Source of the DNA: Haliscomenobacter sp.
GTDB lineage: Bacteria; Bacteroidota; Bacteroidia; Chitinophagales; Saprospiraceae
Direction: 5' to 3'
Length of the DNA stretch: 64,000 nucleotides
Assembly (NCBI GenBank): GCA_016713275.1
Contig: JADJPL010000028.1
Location: 194,278-258,277, forward strand
Shown here piece after piece: positions 59,356 to 64,000 of the stretch (the stretch's first letter is position 1; each line of letters begins with the position of its first letter). The notes below the pieces were generated by a model that ran no database searches, had not been told where the DNA came from, and worked only from the letters and a program-made list of their open reading frames with translations. The translations under genes and the position numbers were made by a program.

Positions 59356-61155
59356 TCAAACCTCGATCCCCATCTCCGCCATCAACTGCGTCGCGTTGAA
59401 GCTTTGGCTGACGCCCTTTTTCAGTTGGTAGTCGAACACGAGCCGGCCATCCTGGAGTTGCACGTCGATATACCGGTTTTCGATATGACCCTGGCTTTCG
59501 GCTTCGAGGGAGGCGAGCTCCAGGTCGTGGGTGGCGATGAGGCCGGCGCTTTGGAGGCGGATGAGCTGGCGGATCAGCGCTGCGGCGCCTTGGTGGCGGT
59601 CGCGGGAGTTGGTGCCTTTGAGGATTTCGTCGAGGAGAAAAAATACGGGCATGGGGCCGTCTTGACTGGCCTGGGCGGTTTCGATCAGGGTTTTGAGGCG
59701 GCGCAGTTCGGCGTAGAACGAAGAGGCGTTTTCGGACAGCGCGTCCTGGGTGCGCATGCTGGTGAACACCTGCAGCGGAGGCAGTTCCATCGCTTGCGCG
59801 CACACTGGCGCGCCGCTTTGCGCCAGAACGATATTAACGCCCGCGCTGCGCAGGAACGTGCTCTTGCCGGCCATGTTGGAGCCGGTAATGAGCTTGAGGT
59901 GGGCCCTGACGGGCATACCGAGGTCGTTGCCCACGCGCCGGCCGGGGGGGATGAGCGGATGGGCAAGGCCTTTGGACTGGAAGTCCAACCCGGTTTCCAC
60001 CAGGGGAAAGGCCCACCCGGGGTGGTTGAAATGCAGGTTGCCCAGGGAGGAAAGCGCCTCGAATTGCGCCAGGGTGTGAAACCATCCGGCCAGCACGGGC
60101 TTCCATTCGGTTTTCCAGTTTTCCAGCCGGTAGACCCATTGCAGATCCCAGAGGCCGAACAGGTTGAGCAGGATAGCAAAGGGGTTGTACCGCACATCCA
60201 GCTGGTGGATCAGGTAGCCCAATTGCTTTAACGCCCGGGAGGCGGAGATCCGCGGGGTGTGGATCGCCGTTTGCAGCGTTTGCAGGAGCGGAGCCTCAAA
60301 CCGCTGCGTTTCGATGTGCCGGAGCAACGCGGCATAGGCTTGCAGCATGGCGCCCGTGCGGGCCGTTGCCTCGTGGATGCCTTGTACGCGCTTGGCGTAA
60401 CGGCCGGTGAGCAACGCAGCAGGGAGCAGGCAGGTTGCGGAGACCCACCAGGACTCCCCGCGAAAGAGGGTGACGGCAAAGGCGGTTGCCGCTAGCACGG
60501 GCAAAAGGATAAGCGTCCAGAACATGGCTTTCCGGAAGCGAAACACCGGCGCCTGTTCCAGCCAGAGCTGGAGCTGTTCCTGATGCCGGAGGCTGGATGG
60601 GTTTGCCATGCCGAGCGCCCGAAAGGCGTGGCGCCAATCCGGCAGGCGCCCCAGTTCCCGGACCGCTTCCTGGCGGGCAGCGATGACGGGTGGCGTCGCC
60701 GGATGCAGCAAATAAGCGGCCAGCGTTTCTTTGCCCTGAGGCGTAGTCGTGCGATTGATGAACTGGAACACCGAATAGGGGCCAAACAGATCCAGGTCGC
60801 CCGAGTAAGGGTGCAGCAGGTCGCGGAATTCGGCGCCGTCTTCAAATACCTGAAACTGGTAGCCTGCGGCCGCTGCTTCCTCCTGGTTTACCTGAGCGAG
60901 TAGTGTCTGGTGAGCTCTCCGCTCCGCTATCTGGTTGTGCCGCCGCACCAGATAAAAAAATCCCGCCAGAAAGACCACCCCCCACAGGCCGGTAAGCACC
61001 GGCGACCAGGACCACAGAAACACCCCCAGAAACACCCCCGCCAGAAACGCCGCCAGACGCCCGACCGCCAGGCGGTTGTACGCCGCTCCTAACGTTCGGG
61101 CTTTTGCGGTATGCTGTTGATGCCGCTCCTGGTAAAACCGGATCAGATCGTTCAT
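59356..61155 (-). CDS. MutS-related ATPase (domain V only, membrane-anchored; no mismatch-binding domain)
   Basis: Walker A GSNMAGKSTFLRS, FLLDEILKGTN and ATHDLEL. N-terminal TM helices (LAAFLAGVFLGVFLWSW..VVFLAGFFYLV). Start at MNDLIRFYQ (61155). Confidence 0.8.
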   Translation of the reverse strand: MNDLIRFYQERHQQHTAKARTLGAAYNRLAVGRLAAFLAGVFLGVFLWSWSPVLTGLWGVVFLAGFFYLVRRHNQIAERRAHQTLLAQVNQEEAAAAGYQFQVFEDGAEFRDLLHPYSGDLDLFGPYSVFQFINRTTTPQGKETLAAYLLHPATPPVIAARQEAVRELGRLPDWRHAFRALGMANPSSLRHQEQLQLWLEQAPVFRFRKAMFWTLILLPVLAATAFAVTLFRGESWWVSATCLLPAALLTGRYAKRVQGIHEATARTGAMLQAYAALLRHIETQRFEAPLLQTLQTAIHTPRISASRALKQLGYLIHQLDVRYNPFAILLNLFGLWDLQWVYRLENWKTEWKPVLAGWFHTLAQFEALSSLGNLHFNHPGWAFPLVETGLDFQSKGLAHPLIPPGRRVGNDLGMPVRAHLKLITGSNMAGKSTFLRSAGVNIVLAQSGAPVCAQAMELPPLQVFTSMRTQDALSENASSFYAELRRLKTLIETAQASQDGPMPVFFLLDEILKGTNSRDRHQGAAALIRQLIRLQSAGLIATHDLELASLEAESQGHIENRYIDVQLQDGRLVFDYQLKKGVSQSFNATQLMAEMGIEV

Positions 61156-61482
61156 GTGGTTTTTTGCCTTAAAAATACTAGAAGTTACAAAACTCCCCCC
61201 CCATGGTTTGGGCGAGCAAAAAGAACATTCGCCGAAGACAGGGTAGAAACATTTGAACCTTGAATCCTCTCCATCCTTTACATCCCCTCCATCCTCTACC
61301 CCTTTCACGTCCTCCCCAAAAATCATGTTCAGTCAACAAACTAAGGCGAACGGCCGCCGTTCACTCCTCAAACCCTTTGAAAAAGAAGCAGACAGGAGCA
61401 TGTTCGCTAAATCGGGAACGGATGGGTGCAGGTTTGCCATTTTAGTTTGCGAATTTTCGCTAAATCCGCTACCTTTGGCCCG

Positions 61483-62967
61483 ATGATCAACAAAATTCAA
61501 CAACGGATCTTGTTTGGACTGAAGGTAAAACAATCCAGGCAGGCTCAAAGCCTATCGTTTGCTGATCTTGCCGGGCGTACCGGCATATCGGTGTCTTACC
61601 TGAACGAAATCGAGAAAGGGAAGAAGTATCCCAAGGAAGACAAGATTCAGGCCTTAGCCCATGCCCTCGGGGTGCAGGAAAGCGACTTGCTTTCGCAGGA
61701 ATTTGGGGAAGGGTTGGCGCCGGTAGGCGAACTGTTGCGATCCAACTTTTTGAACGAACTGCCGCTGGACCTGTTCGGCATTGAAATGTCGAAGGTGGTG
61801 GAGATCATCGCCAGTGCGGGCGCCCGGGTAGGCGCGTTTATTTCCACCCTGCTGGAGCTGTCCCGCAACTACGCCGTCAAGGAAGAGAACTTTTATTTCG
61901 GGGCGTTGCGTTCTTATCTGGAGTTGCACAACAATTATTTCGACGACCTGGAACAGGAGGTGGATCGGTTTATCCGGCAAGTTCAGCTTCCGGTTGAGCG
62001 GCCTTTGCCCCCGGATTTGCTTAAGCGGCTGCTGGAGGAGCGCTGGGGCTATACCATTCTGGACAACGGGCTCGACGCTTACCCTGATCTGGCGCCCCTG
62101 CGTTCGGTGTTCGTGCCCAAGCGCAAGGAACTCCTGCTCAACAGCAAGCTGTCTGCGATCCAGCGGTCGTTTCAGTTTGGCAAAGAGCTCGCTTTCCAGT
62201 GGCTTCAGCTCCGGGACCGGGCGTACACGTCTTCCCTGCTTCGGGGCAGAACGTTTGAGGAGGTACTCAATCACTCCAGGGCAATCTATTTTTCCGTAGC
62301 CCTGCACTTACCCCAAAAACAGCTATTGGAGGAAATGGAGGCGTTTTTTCGCAACGACCGCTGGGACGGCGAGGCGTTTCTTCTGATCATGAAGCGGTAT
62401 GACGCAACCCCGGAAATGTTTTTCCACCGCCTCACCAACCTGCTTCCCCGCTTCTTCGGTATGAAGAAACTGTTTTTCCTGCGCTTTGTCCACGACCCCG
62501 AAAAGGACATTTTCGAAATGGACAAAGAGTTGCATCTGAACCAAAAGCACCACCCGCACGGCAACCGCCTCAACGAGCATTATTGCCGGCGCTGGATCTC
62601 GCTGTCGTTGCTCCGCGAACTGCGCGCTCTCCAGCAAGGGGGAGTCTTTGCCGACCGCATCGTCAAGGCGCAGATCTCGCACTACCTCCATACCGAAGAC
62701 GCATACCTGTGCCTCACCATCGCCCGGCCGTCGTATCCTGCCCCCAATAAAAACGTGAGCGTGACGATCGGGCTTCAACTTACGGACGGCCTCCAGAGCA
62801 AAATCCGCTTCCTCGACGATCCGGGTATCCTGCGGCGGGAGGTACACACCACTTGCGAACGTTGTCCCCTGTCCGATTGCGCCGAACGCGCCTGCCCGCC
62901 GGTCATCGTCGAGAAAAAGCAGCAAATGCACCGCATCCTGGAAAAACTCAAGGAATTGGAAGGATGA
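61483..62967 (+). CDS. XRE-family HTH regulator with a large C-terminal ImmA/IrrE-like plus DUF2083-like region (RamB/ScfR-type)
   Basis: HTH LSFADLAGRTGISVSYLNEIEKGKKYP, about 494 aa, with a C-terminal cysteine pair (CERCPLSDCAERAC). Start at MINKIQQRILFGLK (61483). The family assignment is from memory. Confidence 0.65.
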   Translation: MINKIQQRILFGLKVKQSRQAQSLSFADLAGRTGISVSYLNEIEKGKKYPKEDKIQALAHALGVQESDLLSQEFGEGLAPVGELLRSNFLNELPLDLFGIEMSKVVEIIASAGARVGAFISTLLELSRNYAVKEENFYFGALRSYLELHNNYFDDLEQEVDRFIRQVQLPVERPLPPDLLKRLLEERWGYTILDNGLDAYPDLAPLRSVFVPKRKELLLNSKLSAIQRSFQFGKELAFQWLQLRDRAYTSSLLRGRTFEEVLNHSRAIYFSVALHLPQKQLLEEMEAFFRNDRWDGEAFLLIMKRYDATPEMFFHRLTNLLPRFFGMKKLFFLRFVHDPEKDIFEMDKELHLNQKHHPHGNRLNEHYCRRWISLSLLRELRALQQGGVFADRIVKAQISHYLHTEDAYLCLTIARPSYPAPNKNVSVTIGLQLTDGLQSKIRFLDDPGILRREVHTTCERCPLSDCAERACPPVIVEKKQQMHRILEKLKELEG

Positions 62968-63046
62968 TGGTTTTCCCGTCCCCCGTCCCCCGTCCCCCGT
63001 CCCCCGTCCCCCGTCAACCGTCCCCCGTCAACCGTCAACCGTCTCT
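62968..63046. repeat. (CCGTCCCC)n word-repeat block filling an entire convergent intergenic spacer
   Basis: GGTTTTCCCGTCCCCCGTCCCCCGTCCCCCGTCCCCCGTCCCCCGTCAACCGTCCCCCGTCAACCGTCAACCGTCTCT runs from the base after the regulator stop to the base before the GH127 stop. Confidence 0.95.
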
Positions 63047-64000
63047 CTAATAATTCACTTTCACCTCCTGGATCTTTCTCGGCAGCCACACTTGCATGGC
63101 GTTTTGCCCCCGGTTGCACCAGGAGAAGTAGGGGATAGCGGTGATGGTTTTCGTGCGGGTTTGTACGGAAAGGCCATCAGGAGCAACCTCCACGGTAGGA
63201 GCGGTAAAGCTCAGGGCGGTGACACCGCCCAGCAGGTCGGGCCGGAAGCCGGCCGTGATGGGCGCGTCGTCGGGTAGGATGAGGTTCCAGGCTTGGCCGT
63301 TGTTGTCGGCGCCTTCGACGCAGTAGACCAGGGGTCCGCGTTGGAGGGCTACCCGGTTTTGGGCGGCTTTGACTTCCTCACGGGCGGTCACCCGTTTGAC
63401 TTCCATCGGGAGGTCTACCTGGACCACGTCGCCTTTTTTCCACTCGCGTTCGATCACGGCATAGCCTTTGTCGATGCGGTAGGCGATAGGTTTGCCGTTA
63501 ACTTTAATCTCCAGCGCCACGTTTCCGGTTTTGACGAACGTATACAAATCGCCGGGAACGGCCTGCTCGCGCACCCAGCCGGGGATGCGCACGTGCAGCC
63601 CGAAGCGGGTTTTATTTTCGGGGTCGATAAGGAGTTGAATTCCGCCCTGCCAGGGGTAGGCGGTTTGCATGCGGATGGCTGTCTTTTGCCCGCCGAGCGT
63701 TTGGGTGGTCGAACTCCCTACGAACAAATGCACCCACAGTCCGTCGGCAGCATGCCCGTAGACGTAGTCGCCCAGGGAAGCGACCAGGCGGGCAATGTTC
63801 GCTGGGCAGCAGGCGGTGCCAAACCATTCGCGCCGGTAGTGCTGCCCGTTGGACGCCAGAGGGTTGCCGTAGAAAAAGCGGTCGCCGCTGAGCGACAGGC
63901 CGTCGAGGGCGCCGTTGTAGAGGCTGCGTTCCAGCACGTCGATGTATTGGGCGTCGCCGGTGAGCTGATTCATGCGCTGATTCCAGAGCACCATACCTAC
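63047..64000 (-). CDS. GH127 (DUF1680) beta-L-arabinofuranosidase-like glycoside hydrolase, C-terminal part (N-terminus beyond the window)
   Basis: FGTACCPANIARL cysteine-rich site typical of HypBA1-like GH127. The ORF is open to the window edge. Confidence 0.75.
   Translation of the reverse strand, partial: VGMVLWNQRMNQLTGDAQYIDVLERSLYNGALDGLSLSGDRFFYGNPLASNGQHYRREWFGTACCPANIARLVASLGDYVYGHAADGLWVHLFVGSSTTQTLGGQKTAIRMQTAYPWQGGIQLLIDPENKTRFGLHVRIPGWVREQAVPGDLYTFVKTGNVALEIKVNGKPIAYRIDKGYAVIEREWKKGDVVQVDLPMEVKRVTAREEVKAAQNRVALQRGPLVYCVEGADNNGQAWNLILPDDAPITAGFRPDLLGGVTALSFTAPTVEVAPDGLSVQTRTKTITAIPYFSWCNRGQNAMQVWLPRKIQEVKVNY

Overview
A 64 kb chromosomal segment that looks like a Bacteroidota genome: it has a SusC/SusD pair, a T9SS C-terminal sorting domain, separate gyrB and parE genes, and mid-to-high GC. 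I support about 40 protein genes. Most are housekeeping: dinB, a PBP4/serine-hydrolase/PBP1A cell-wall cluster, a 2Fe-2S plus molybdopterin oxidoreductase pair, corA, recO, ldcA, parE, lon, glyQS, ald-like, tsaE, gyrB and ddl. There is also one tRNA-Thr(CGU) and a LacI-SusC-SusD-GH105 polysaccharide utilisation locus. I see no prophage, no CRISPR-cas and no recognisable defence or toxin-antitoxin operon.

Three things stand out.

1. At least eight genes have reading-frame disruptions that I could reconstruct by hand. Most are single-base length differences in homopolymer runs, so assembly error is the leading explanation.

2. The intergenic DNA is dominated by three repeat systems that no coding feature explains.
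   - A roughly 160 bp MITE-like nested palindrome occurs in three copies. Two of them fill convergent stop-to-stop gaps exactly and supply gene termini.
   - Blocks of 7-9 nt 'word' repeats (GGATGTARA, CCGTCNCC, GTACGGG/GTTTACG, CGCAACYT, AGGGAGC, GGCGTAA) mostly abut stop codons. They often form long hairpins or G-quadruplex-capable tracts.
   - A double-hairpin element shows compensatory stem changes between copies.

3. A 1.4 kb ORF-free mosaic locus (57962-59355) combines these repeats with eight copies of a conserved ~30 nt head motif; a ninth copy lies about 2 kb away. It is the most unusual structure in the window and my best candidate for something undescribed.

All functional calls rest on motifs I recognised by eye. 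No database search was possible, and start codons are best guesses.
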